Shown: positions 28,393 to 36,675 of the stretch, in pieces
Position numbering within the stretch: the first letter of the stretch is position 1
Layout of the letters: each line of letters begins with the position of its first letter
Virus record (IMG/VR): IMGVR_UViG_3300037780_000056
Coordinates: 1-39,852 of that record
Source of the DNA: a virus
Taxonomy: Duplodnaviria; Caudoviricetes
Direction: 5' to 3' (one strand)
Length of the DNA stretch: 39,852 nt
The notes under the pieces: generated by a model
Seen by the model: the letters and a program-made list of their open reading frames with translations, nothing else
What the model was told of the DNA's origin: nothing
Databases searched by the model: none
Program-made: the position numbers and the translations under genes

Positions 28393-28439
28393 GCGATCTA
28401 TATTACCCGAGCTTGCGCAAAGTGCAACAATCCTCATAT

Positions 28440-29111
28440 CTATTCGCCATCCCTGATTAGATCGATTAAAGATGGCGGGAACAGGCAACCAGCAATATCG
28501 AATGCGTAGTCACTTGGCGATTTGTTGTGCAGGAACTTCTTTAGATGGTGATCCCGTGCCATTTTGCTCGACATGACATCGTCAACGCACAAGTGACACG
28601 CCGATTTATAGGTTCTCTTCTCACGATGGCAGAACCGTATGAATGTATTCCACCTTTTCCTGTGGGTTTTCTTCGGCGTAACTGCCAACTTGGTTAAATA
28701 CTCAACTTCGAAGCGATCGGAAGGAGGTCGATTTTCTAAGGTGAGCGCTCCCCGCTTGACCCTAAAAAAGTCTCTTAGCAGTCCATACTCGAACTCACCA
28801 TTGTTCGATTGACCCTTTCTAAAATCGTCTACATGAGTTGTACCTTTAGCTTGATGGCAAACGTTACATAAGATTTGAAGGTTTTCGAACGAAAGGCAGT
28901 GCTCTGGGTAAAGATACCGCGGGCGGATGTGATCAACGTGAAGTGAAATACCTTCGCCGGGTACAGCACCACAAAGTTGGCAGCGACTTCCCAGGTGTTT
29001 AAGCGCCAAGTATCTTGTTTCTCTCCACTGCTGGGTTTTATAAAAGACTTCAGCTCTCATGTTCGCAAAGACATGGAGCTGCTCGACCGGGATAACTAAC
29101 CTACGATTCAT
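28440..29111 (-). CDS. HNH endonuclease
   Basis: CQLCG...LHVDHIRPR...NLQILCNVCHQAK. Confidence 0.9.
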   Translation of the reverse strand: MNRRLVIPVEQLHVFANMRAEVFYKTQQWRETRYLALKHLGSRCQLCGAVPGEGISLHVDHIRPRYLYPEHCLSFENLQILCNVCHQAKGTTHVDDFRKGQSNNGEFEYGLLRDFFRVKRGALTLENRPPSDRFEVEYLTKLAVTPKKTHRKRWNTFIRFCHREKRTYKSACHLCVDDVMSSKMARDHHLKKFLHNKSPSDYAFDIAGCLFPPSLIDLIRDGE

Positions 29112-29225
29112 TCGGGGAACCTTCGTTATAGGAGGGTGCCCCGGCGGAGCAAACCGGAGCACCCGATCCCCTAACCAAAGGGCAAGGGTGGCTAGGAGAA
29201 GACAAACTGGTTTCTACCTGGCTCC

Positions 29226-29600
29226 TCATTGGCTAACCTCAGAGGAGTGAACAGATGCGGTTACTTTTAATTGATGCCGACAACCTGGGCAAAGTACTTC
29301 AAAAGATAGACAACGCAGAGTTTCTGCCCAGGATTGGCGAGACGATTGATCTTCACCCGGATTACTATCAGGTCCTGGGTGTTCATCATTCGATAAGCCG
29401 GAATCGGGAGACTTGGCACATGATTCAGTGCCGCGAGTTGGATGTCGCGAAACGTCCACCGGTTCCAACTCTGGTGAAATGAGCCCGAAGTCTTCCTCGA
29501 CGATGATGCGTCGCATCTCGTAGAGGTTTGACTCAACGTCCGTGCCGAATCTTTCACTCATCGGGCATATGAAGTCAGCGAGCCGTTTGCGCCAGCTCAT
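29226..29600 (-). CDS. 124-aa early protein containing a tape-measure C-terminus-like peptide
   Basis: ATGA coupling to the upstream gene; FGTDVESNLYEMRRIIVEEDFGLIS vs TMP VGTDAEQNLAEMRRIIVEEDFELIP. Confidence 0.6.
   Translation of the reverse strand: MSWRKRLADFICPMSERFGTDVESNLYEMRRIIVEEDFGLISPELEPVDVSRHPTRGTESCAKSPDSGLSNDEHPGPDSNPGEDQSSRQSWAETLRCLSFEVLCPGCRHQLKVTASVHSSEVSQ
29255..29482 (+). CDS. 75-aa hypothetical protein, antisense and nested within 29226-29600
   Basis: GAGGAG RBS 7 nt before ATG; protein-like LPRIGETI...YQVLGVHH. Confidence 0.55.
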   Translation: MRLLLIDADNLGKVLQKIDNAEFLPRIGETIDLHPDYYQVLGVHHSISRNRETWHMIQCRELDVAKRPPVPTLVK

Positions 29601-30061
29601 TCTGCTAACCCCGCTGCCTTCTGCACATCGAAGATCAACTCGTCCAGGAGGGCACCAGCCGTTTGTGCATGTTCCGTTGACTCCTCGGACATTAGCGCCT
29701 GTGAAATGCCTATCCAGCGGTTTAACGCTGTCTGGAGAGGTGTCTCGCCAGTTAGGCTGCATACGAGTTCATCGACACGGGCACCAGGGGAAGGGGCAGC
29801 CTCTTCGAGATCTGTTTTCCCGTCGTCGGGAATTTGGATGTCGGGATCGAAGGCCGGGTTAGTTACAACCACGCTGTTGTTGCCAGGCTGTCCACCCTCG
29901 GCTTCGATTACATTCTTGCGATAGTAGTAATAGTTCGACGGAGAGACCGCGAGGTTCTTGCAGGCCTGCTCGATGCTGCAGTTAAACTGTTCTTTGTTCA
30001 CCAGTACGGCATCGACGAGTTCACGCATATCGTTGATGTCGGTTAGTCGTTTCTCGCTCAC
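29597..30061 (-). CDS. HTH-containing hypothetical protein
   Basis: SIEQACKNLAVSPSNYYYYRK; coupled to neighbours. Confidence 0.7.
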   Translation of the reverse strand: MSEKRLTDINDMRELVDAVLVNKEQFNCSIEQACKNLAVSPSNYYYYRKNVIEAEGGQPGNNSVVVTNPAFDPDIQIPDDGKTDLEEAAPSPGARVDELVCSLTGETPLQTALNRWIGISQALMSEESTEHAQTAGALLDELIFDVQKAAGLAE

Positions 30062-30390
30062 GCAGTCACCTCCTCGGGTGTGGATTTGAGTTCGTCGATT
30101 AATTGTTGGTAGGACGTGCCCGTTACCTGGTTATCTGATTGCTCGGGGCGACGGCGCATGTTTCGGAAAGGGATGAGGCCAACTACACCATGTTGATGCG
30201 TTATGACTCGATAAAGCGGGTAGTGGTAAGACTTGATCTTCTCGTAGGCAACGCGGAGGCCGGGGCGCTCCGGAATTGCATCACCCTCATGGTACGGCCC
30301 TTCTGTTATCTGGATATCCACCCATCCTTGGATAGAGTTAGCCTGCCAGCCGTCCTCACCTGGCACCGGTAAACGATCAGTCATGGTCAT
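30058..30390 (-). CDS. Hypothetical protein
   Basis: Coupled ORF; start likely MTMTD. Confidence 0.65.
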   Translation of the reverse strand: MTMTDRLPVPGEDGWQANSIQGWVDIQITEGPYHEGDAIPERPGLRVAYEKIKSYHYPLYRVITHQHGVVGLIPFRNMRRRPEQSDNQVTGTSYQQLIDELKSTPEEVTA

Positions 30391-30862
30391 TCCCCCAGGT
30401 TGTGAATGGTTCCTCGAGTAACTCTTCCCGTCGGCCACGACCATTTCGGCCACTGCGCCCTAGTCGATACGTTGTCTGGCTGCGAACCTTGGATGGTTTA
30501 GAGCGTGTTCGTACTAAGCTGTGATCCAGCACCAAGGTGCCAAGTGTTAGCGCGATCATTAAATAAATGGCTGACAGCGATGCCATGCCGCGTTGCTTGA
30601 TCGACTCGCGCAGGATGCCGAGCGTAAACGCGTTGCGAACCAGGTGCGCGCGGTTGCGGGAATTGGTTTTGGTCATCGCGCCAGTGATGTAATCGTTGAC
30701 TGTGCGCGGTGCGATACCCATGGCGACCGCCGTGTCCTCAGAGGTGTAACCCTCCGCAATGTAGTACAGCGATTCTGTTTGCCTGGCTGACAGTGTGCCT
30801 GGCTCACCGACCTCGATATCGGTGCCCCGTAAAAACTGACGGTTTTTTTCAGCTCTCATCAC
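30377..30862 (-). CDS. LuxR-type HTH regulator with a hydrophobic segment (cII position)
   Basis: LSARQTESLYYIAEGYTSEDTAVAMGIAPRTV...NRAHLV; TM-like LSAIYLMIALTLGTLVL. Confidence 0.82.
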   Translation of the reverse strand: MMRAEKNRQFLRGTDIEVGEPGTLSARQTESLYYIAEGYTSEDTAVAMGIAPRTVNDYITGAMTKTNSRNRAHLVRNAFTLGILRESIKQRGMASLSAIYLMIALTLGTLVLDHSLVRTRSKPSKVRSQTTYRLGRSGRNGRGRREELLEEPFTTWGNDHD

Positions 30863-31071
30863 GCTACCTTGTGCTCTGGTAATTGCGAGGAGTCCGGACA
30901 GGTGTCGCGTAGCAGATCAATCAGTTTTGCGCCTCGGGTCCAGGTTGTGTCCTGGTTCTGCCCGGATCGTAAGGCTTCGATTGTTGTTCTCTTGATCTCG
31001 GTGGCATCGGCGATCTGCTGGATGGAATACCCCGCCGCCATGATTTCTTTAATGACAAGTGTCCAATTCAT
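30859..31071 (-). CDS. cro: Cro-like repressor
   Basis: 70-aa HTH divergent from cI. Confidence 0.75.
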   Translation of the reverse strand: MNWTLVIKEIMAAGYSIQQIADATEIKRTTIEALRSGQNQDTTWTRGAKLIDLLRDTCPDSSQLPEHKVA

Positions 31072-31084
31072 GGCTGCACTTTAT

Positions 31085-31102
31085 TGTCATATTAATGCGA
31101 TT
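31085..31102. promoter_or_regulatory. Candidate operator (OR)
   Basis: TGTCATATTAATGCGATT, 15/18 identical to 31902-31919. Confidence 0.6.
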
Positions 31103-31184
31103 ACAAGTCAGTCAATCAGTTTTTATGCAAGCAGTGGGAAGTACAATGCGCCGAATAAGATCGCACTACTCAGGAAGCACGCAA

Positions 31185-31847
31185 ATGGACTCCGCAGATA
31201 TCATCAAGGAGCTTATGGAGCGCGAGGGACTAAAGCTCATTGACCTGTCCCGCAAGAGTGGGATCGGGCACTCCACAATATCCAGCATACTAAAGCGCTC
31301 AAACAAAGAGCCCAGGGATTCAACGCTTGAGCCGATTGCAAAGGTGTTTGGCGTGTCGAAGGCTCAGTTACGAGGTTATGAGCCGATACCTGGATTAACT
31401 AACACGGCTGTCAGCGATCGGCCAATGCTATTCCCGCTTATACCGCCTGGCTCGATTGATAGCTGGCTAGCTGGATCCCTTGATACCCGTGGCCTAGAGT
31501 ACGTTAAGTCGGCTTTCCCCAGATCAGCCAGGACGTTCGTCTATGAGGCGCAAGACGATGCTGTTGCTAGTTACGTCCCCAGAGGCGGCAGAGTGTATGT
31601 GGATCCTGATACAGACTTCCATGCTATCGAAGACCGACCGGTCTTGATTGCCCTGATCAGGGTGGATGGTCGCTACTCCTTGCGGACTGAGGTGGATGAC
31701 ATGGGGCGTTATGCTTACTCGTCTGAGAGCTCGGCCTATCGCGCGTTAACGGCTGAAGAGTGCGAGGTTGTCGGCTACGTTGTCGGCATGCCAGAGCAGA
31801 ACTTCACCAACCCAGACTTGTTGGCTCGGCTCAACAAGAGGCGATGA
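31185..31847 (+). CDS. cI: CI-like repressor: XRE HTH plus degenerate S24-like C-terminal domain
   Basis: LIDLSRKSGIGHSTISSIL..EPR.STLEPIAKVFGVS; RVYVDPD and VVGYVV; start at MDSAD. Confidence 0.82.
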   Translation: MDSADIIKELMEREGLKLIDLSRKSGIGHSTISSILKRSNKEPRDSTLEPIAKVFGVSKAQLRGYEPIPGLTNTAVSDRPMLFPLIPPGSIDSWLAGSLDTRGLEYVKSAFPRSARTFVYEAQDDAVASYVPRGGRVYVDPDTDFHAIEDRPVLIALIRVDGRYSLRTEVDDMGRYAYSSESSAYRALTAEECEVVGYVVGMPEQNFTNPDLLARLNKRR

Positions 31848-31895
31848 TCCTCGTCGGTTAAACAGCCAAACCGGCTTCGATTTGTCATTTTCGTG

Positions 31896-31925
31896 TTGAC
31901 ATGTCATTTAAATGTGATTTATTGT
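31896..31925 (+). promoter_or_regulatory. pL-like promoter with operator in the spacer
   Basis: TTGACA-TGTCATTTAAATGTGATT-TATTGT. Confidence 0.65.
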
Positions 31926-31956
31926 CACTTATGTTTCACGTGGACATGTCTAAATC

Positions 31957-32370
31957 ATGCGGCTAAGCCAAGAACACCCTCGAGAGCACAGCTCGTTTCA
32001 TATGATGAGACAGCGGTGCTACAACCCAAAAAATGAAAAATTCCAATATTACGGCGGTAAAGGGATTCGAGTTTGCTTCCGCTGGGAACGGTTCGAGAAC
32101 TTTCTAGTTGACATGGGTCCTCGTCCGCCGGGGATGTCCCTGGACCGAATAGATCCCAATGGCCACTATGAGCCACGCAACTGCAGATGGGCGACCCATA
32201 AACAGCAAGTAAGAAATTCACTTACCTACAAGCTGAATGACGACGCCGTCATGGCAATCAAAGTCATAAAGGCAGAGTTAGGTTTTACCGATGCCCGTAT
32301 TGCAGAGATTTTCTGTGTGGCGCGCTCAACTGTGACCAACATCCTAAATGGAAAGAGGCGAGCGTCATGA
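31957..32370 (+). CDS. HNH-like endonuclease with C-terminal HTH
   Basis: YYGGKGIRVC.RW..FENFL.DMGPRP...SLDRID.NG.YEP.NCRWAT. Confidence 0.85.
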   Translation: MRLSQEHPREHSSFHMMRQRCYNPKNEKFQYYGGKGIRVCFRWERFENFLVDMGPRPPGMSLDRIDPNGHYEPRNCRWATHKQQVRNSLTYKLNDDAVMAIKVIKAELGFTDARIAEIFCVARSTVTNILNGKRRAS

Positions 32371-32873
32371 GCGGACCTGCCACGAAACTTAAAAAGACCC
32401 CTATATCGCTTGATGAACTGGCCAAGCACACCGACCGACCCTTCTGCGACTTCCATAATGCGGTAGGCGCCATCCTCTACCAGACCGAACACCAGACCGC
32501 CTGGATCGAGATTCATGACGACGGGTACTTTTGCTCGGTGAATGATCTGGCATGCAAGCATGCCGACCTGCAGACCGTTGAGGAGTTCATGAAAATTCGA
32601 TGTTTCCCGGAAGTGATTTGGGCAGAGGCACTGGTGGAGTTGGAGACGATCAGTTCATGGCGCAACGCTACGCCGGCAGCCAGGAAGGCGTTCGGCGAAC
32701 TATTTATCGACGGGCGTTTTTCAGGGCCGGCCGTTAGGGAGATTGCGATGGGCTGGCTGTACTTCAACGCCGGCTGGTTGATGTGCGACATAGAGACCGA
32801 GCGCAATACGCAGCAGGTTTACGAAATCTTACAACGAGAGGGCAAGTTAAATGATCACGCGGTTATATCTTAG
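32367..32873 (+). CDS. Hypothetical protein
   Basis: ATGA-coupled ORF in the early operon. Confidence 0.7.
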   Translation: MSGPATKLKKTPISLDELAKHTDRPFCDFHNAVGAILYQTEHQTAWIEIHDDGYFCSVNDLACKHADLQTVEEFMKIRCFPEVIWAEALVELETISSWRNATPAARKAFGELFIDGRFSGPAVREIAMGWLYFNAGWLMCDIETERNTQQVYEILQREGKLNDHAVIS

Positions 32874-33144
32874 ATACGTTGTCGGGCAACTCATCGAGGG
32901 CGGTGAGTTTAATGGTGAGCAGTACCAGACAGAACTCATACCCGACACCCGGGTCGGCATTGAACACGCCGTTAGGCGATTTGATGAAGAGGAGGACAAC
33001 TTTGGCGGTCCGCAATTAGAGCGCCAGGTTTGGAATCCTAACTACATCGTCGAGGGTGGTTGCCGCATCGGCGAGTACGAAACCATCCAACAATGGCACG
33101 ACGGCGAGTGGCGCGACGAAGGTTACCTCGGGCTCGCCAGTTAA
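32851..33144 (+). CDS. Hypothetical acidic protein
   Basis: Overlapping coupled ORF with GAGG RBS. Confidence 0.65.
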   Translation: MITRLYLRYVVGQLIEGGEFNGEQYQTELIPDTRVGIEHAVRRFDEEEDNFGGPQLERQVWNPNYIVEGGCRIGEYETIQQWHDGEWRDEGYLGLAS

Positions 33145-33257
33145 GAATTCCCCCAGCGATGTCCTCGGCATGACGTGAAAGTGCCTTTTTTAATACCCGC
33201 TATTCCAGCACCAAAACCCACAAACATCTATTTGTTTGAAACCAAGAGGACCGTCGC

Positions 33258-33470
33258 ATGAGCGAAGAATCAGAAAAAATGTTCGACCCCGCACCAACCA
33301 GCGAATATGAACACTTAACTCAGGGTGGCTCATATAAGGTTGATCTCTCCCAGGTAGAGGCGGCCGTACTACTCAAAGCGCATGACTACGGAGTGAAGGC
33401 TTTAAACGACGATGACCTCGAGAAACTGGACATTGTCGTTTCGAAACTCAAAGACAAGATCTGGCCATAA
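33258..33470 (+). CDS. Hypothetical protein
   Basis: GAGGA RBS; operon position. Confidence 0.7.
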   Translation: MSEESEKMFDPAPTSEYEHLTQGGSYKVDLSQVEAAVLLKAHDYGVKALNDDDLEKLDIVVSKLKDKIWP

Positions 33471-33484
33471 CAGGAGCATAAAAC

Positions 33485-35332
33485 ATGACAGCAACAAAGA
33501 AAGCACTGCAGGAGGTTCCGCACTCGCTTGAGGAGATACCCCTTAGCAAGTTAGTTCCGAGCGATATCAACATGCGACAAGCACCACCGGACCCGGCGGC
33601 CGACAAGCAACTAAAGGCGAGCCTCAAAGCGTTCGGGCCGTTACAAAATCTCATCGTCCACCCGCAGGGCAAAAAGTATGGCGTGGCTGGTGGCGGACGT
33701 CGCCTGCGTATGCTGCAGGAGTTGGCCGCGGATGAAGAGATCCCGAAGTCGACCAAGGTGTGGTGCAAGATCGTGAGCGAGGACGACGCGCTGGCGGCGA
33801 CGATCTCTGAGAACTACCACCGGCACGATCCCCACCCACTAGATGAGTGTCGGGCATTTAGTCGCCTGGCGCAGCGGGAAGGCATGACAAACAAACAGAT
33901 CGCCGATGAGTTCGGTGTCAGTCAGAAGTATGTCCGGCAACGCCTGGCGCTCGCTAACCTGCACCCGGATATCCAGACTGCATTCGTGGCCGGTAAGATC
34001 GGCATAGGAGTTGCTGCAGCGTACACCACAGGATCCCCTGAAAAGCAGATCGAGGTGTATAAAAAGCTAAATAGTTGGGAGCGCAGCAGCGAGCGTGTAA
34101 TCCGCAATCACCTGGCTGAGTCCGAGATAAACAAAAATGACTGGCGAGTGCAGTTGGTGACGCTTAAAGCCTACAAGGCCGCTGGCGGCGAAGTATCGAA
34201 CGATCTATTCGATAACGATATCCGAATCCTGGACAGGGAACTGCTAGACAACCTGGTCGCGGCGCATGTTGAGGAACTTGTCGAGGCGATCAAAGCGGAA
34301 GGCTGGTCATGGGTTGAGGTCAATTATGAGTACATATCGCTGAACATCGATCACGTGTTCCTGGATGGTGAGTTACCGAAGGCGCTGCAGGATGAGAAGG
34401 CCAAGCTCGAAGCCAGGTTGGAAGAACTTCAAAAAATGGACATTGACGAGGATACGGACGAAGGCAGCGAGTTGTTGGATGAGCTCTACACGCTTGAGAA
34501 CAAACTAGATGACTTCGACGTGGATCACGCCGGCCAGGTAGGGTTCTCCGAGGAATCCAAGAAGGTCGGCGGTGTTGTCGTTTTCGTATCTGGCGGCATA
34601 GATGTTTATCGGGGGCTGCAAAAGCGTGAGCCGATTGGCGCGAGCGACACATCCCCAGCGACTCCAGATGCCCCGGAACCAAAACTACCGCGGGAGAAGT
34701 ACAGCCAGGCGCTGCGCGACGATATTGGCTACCACCGGCGATCGGCGACCAGGCTCGAACTGTTCTTAAGTCATCCCGACCTGCTAACGGACTTGGCCGA
34801 GTTTACGATTGTGGACAAGTCATTCTCTAGCGCCGCGCTTTTTGATCACATACTGGCGATCGATCTCCCACGTGATTACCGAGGGGACTTGAGTAACAAG
34901 CACCAGGACGAACCTGCAGAACTACACATCCGGAGCGAGTTAGAGAAGTTAGATTTTAGCTGGCGTAAGGGTAGCGTCGTCGAACGATTCCAGGCTTACC
35001 GTGCGTTGTCGGATCTCTCCAAAGAGTTTCTCTACCGCATGGCGCTTGCACAAGCCTTGCGGATCGGTATCCGCGGCGAGAACAAACTGGCCGACGCCAT
35101 AGTCGATGAAATGAACATCGATTTCTCCAGGCACTGGACGCCTACTGCAGATAACTTCTTTAGTCGGGTGTCCAAAGACGTCATGAACGAGGCGCTGCAG
35201 GATATCTACCCGGAAGACGACTTCCCCGAAGAAACGAAGAAAATGAACAAAAAGCAGCTCGCGGCTTTCTGCGGTAATGAGTGGGAAGTGGAGATAGACG
35301 AGGAGCCAACCTGGCTGCCGGAGGGTTTCTAA
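33485..35332 (+). CDS. ParB/RepB/Spo0J-family protein
   Basis: GPLQNLIV, AGGGRRLR, SENYHR, HTH IADEFGVSQKYVRQRLAL, C-terminal WLPEGF. Confidence 0.9.
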   Translation: MTATKKALQEVPHSLEEIPLSKLVPSDINMRQAPPDPAADKQLKASLKAFGPLQNLIVHPQGKKYGVAGGGRRLRMLQELAADEEIPKSTKVWCKIVSEDDALAATISENYHRHDPHPLDECRAFSRLAQREGMTNKQIADEFGVSQKYVRQRLALANLHPDIQTAFVAGKIGIGVAAAYTTGSPEKQIEVYKKLNSWERSSERVIRNHLAESEINKNDWRVQLVTLKAYKAAGGEVSNDLFDNDIRILDRELLDNLVAAHVEELVEAIKAEGWSWVEVNYEYISLNIDHVFLDGELPKALQDEKAKLEARLEELQKMDIDEDTDEGSELLDELYTLENKLDDFDVDHAGQVGFSEESKKVGGVVVFVSGGIDVYRGLQKREPIGASDTSPATPDAPEPKLPREKYSQALRDDIGYHRRSATRLELFLSHPDLLTDLAEFTIVDKSFSSAALFDHILAIDLPRDYRGDLSNKHQDEPAELHIRSELEKLDFSWRKGSVVERFQAYRALSDLSKEFLYRMALAQALRIGIRGENKLADAIVDEMNIDFSRHWTPTADNFFSRVSKDVMNEALQDIYPEDDFPEETKKMNKKQLAAFCGNEWEVEIDEEPTWLPEGF

Positions 35333-35736
35333 TGTCTCATCACAAACCAATTACGAATGAAGCAGAAGATCGGTACTTAAACGCCTACAAAAAAGACTGG
35401 ATGAGTGATGCTCAGTGGGAGTGTTATGAATTCCTTGCTGATCTATTTTATGGCTTCCATCACATCAGTGGAGGCTTACACGAATGGGGCAGCGGCATTG
35501 CTCTGAATTGCACAAATGCTAGTAACCGTTTTGCCACGTTTGATTACGACTACTTAACCAGGGCTGTAATCATGGCGCATGAACGCTGCATCCGTTTTTC
35601 AATCGAGCCGTCAGGCCCAGGCATGTTGAAACTTGTTCTTCATAAACGGCATACGCGGCAGGGTGGTATGTACGAACGGCACCCATCCTTAGAGCAAGCA
35701 ATTGCTACACACAGGCACGTCAAAGACGGTGGTTGA
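35332..35736 (+). CDS. Hypothetical phage protein
   Basis: TAATG coupling; FATFDYDYLTRAVIMAHERCIR segment. Confidence 0.75.
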   Translation: MSHHKPITNEAEDRYLNAYKKDWMSDAQWECYEFLADLFYGFHHISGGLHEWGSGIALNCTNASNRFATFDYDYLTRAVIMAHERCIRFSIEPSGPGMLKLVLHKRHTRQGGMYERHPSLEQAIATHRHVKDGG

Positions 35737-35740
35737 GTAG

Positions 35741-36439
35741 ATGAAAGAGCTCCCTATTCTATTCAGTGGTGAAATGGTCAGAGCGATCTTGGATGGCCGT
35801 AAGACTCAGACGAGGCGGGTTTGCAAACTCCGTGGTTTCCACCAGATCGACTATCGAGGCGGCCAAGGTGATTGGAATGATCCTTCGTGCTGGGGTTTTG
35901 AAGGTGCCGATGGGCAAAACTGGGGGCTTAAAGGCGACGACGATTTTGGTGTGCGCGAAATACCTTGTCCTTACGGCGTAGTAGGCGATCAGCTCTGGGT
36001 GCGAGAGACTTTCACTTATGTTGGTGGCGGTGATCCAGGTTGTTTGATCTGCCGCGCTACTTTTGAGGAAGACTGCCGGCGTTGGGGATTTGATCGACCT
36101 CACCCAACAGCCGACCAAACAAAGTGGACTCCATCAATCTTTATGCCTCGCATTGCTTCCCGCATCCAGTTAGAGATCACCAACGTCCGTGTTGAGAGGT
36201 TGCAAGATATTAGTGACGAGGATGCCGTGTCAGAAGGAATCAATGTGTTTAACGAAGACGGCGGTCTTTGTTACAGCGGAATCAGTGACGATTGGGTCAA
36301 CGAGTTCGAAAAGTGGCACGGCGATGCACCGACCTCAGCTTTTCGTGATCTATGGGACTCAATCAATGTCGACAGGTATCCCTGGGAATCTAACCCCTGG
36401 GTCTGGGTGGTTAACTTCAAGCGGGTTGAGGGCAAGTAA
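35741..36439 (+). CDS. ASCH-like phage protein
   Basis: PILFSGEMVRAILDGRKTQTRR, GDQLWVRET, WTPSIFMPR, NPWVWV. Confidence 0.85.
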   Translation: MKELPILFSGEMVRAILDGRKTQTRRVCKLRGFHQIDYRGGQGDWNDPSCWGFEGADGQNWGLKGDDDFGVREIPCPYGVVGDQLWVRETFTYVGGGDPGCLICRATFEEDCRRWGFDRPHPTADQTKWTPSIFMPRIASRIQLEITNVRVERLQDISDEDAVSEGINVFNEDGGLCYSGISDDWVNEFEKWHGDAPTSAFRDLWDSINVDRYPWESNPWVWVVNFKRVEGK

Positions 36440-36441
36440 GG

Positions 36442-36672
36442 ATGATTAAGTGCTCTACTGCGGCTGAACTCTTGCTGGTGTCAGAAAGCACGATTCGAGT
36501 TATGCTCGCGGATGGGCGCTTGCCTGGTATCGTGATACCGCCTGTTAAGAAGGGCGGCAAGGCAGTGTATCGGGTGGACGAAACTAAGCTGGGCGAGATT
36601 GGCATCCAGCACCAACTACAGCAGCAGAACGATCAGGCCGAGGAGCCGGAGCTCCGACTCGACGAGATCTAA
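36442..36672 (+). CDS. xis: Excisionase (HTH_17-like)
   Basis: STAAELLLVSESTIR..L.DGRLPG; directly upstream of int. Confidence 0.75.
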   Translation: MIKCSTAAELLLVSESTIRVMLADGRLPGIVIPPVKKGGKAVYRVDETKLGEIGIQHQLQQQNDQAEEPELRLDEI

Positions 36673-36675
36673 TAC

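Noticed and set aside
27967-28488. 173-aa Ash-like ORF
   Set aside because: Runs through the C4 RNA and terminator and is probably a shadow of the RNA; translation cannot be excluded
29470-29548. TMP repeat as a DGR template/variable pair
   Set aside because: Mismatches are not confined to adenines and no reverse transcriptase is encoded in the window
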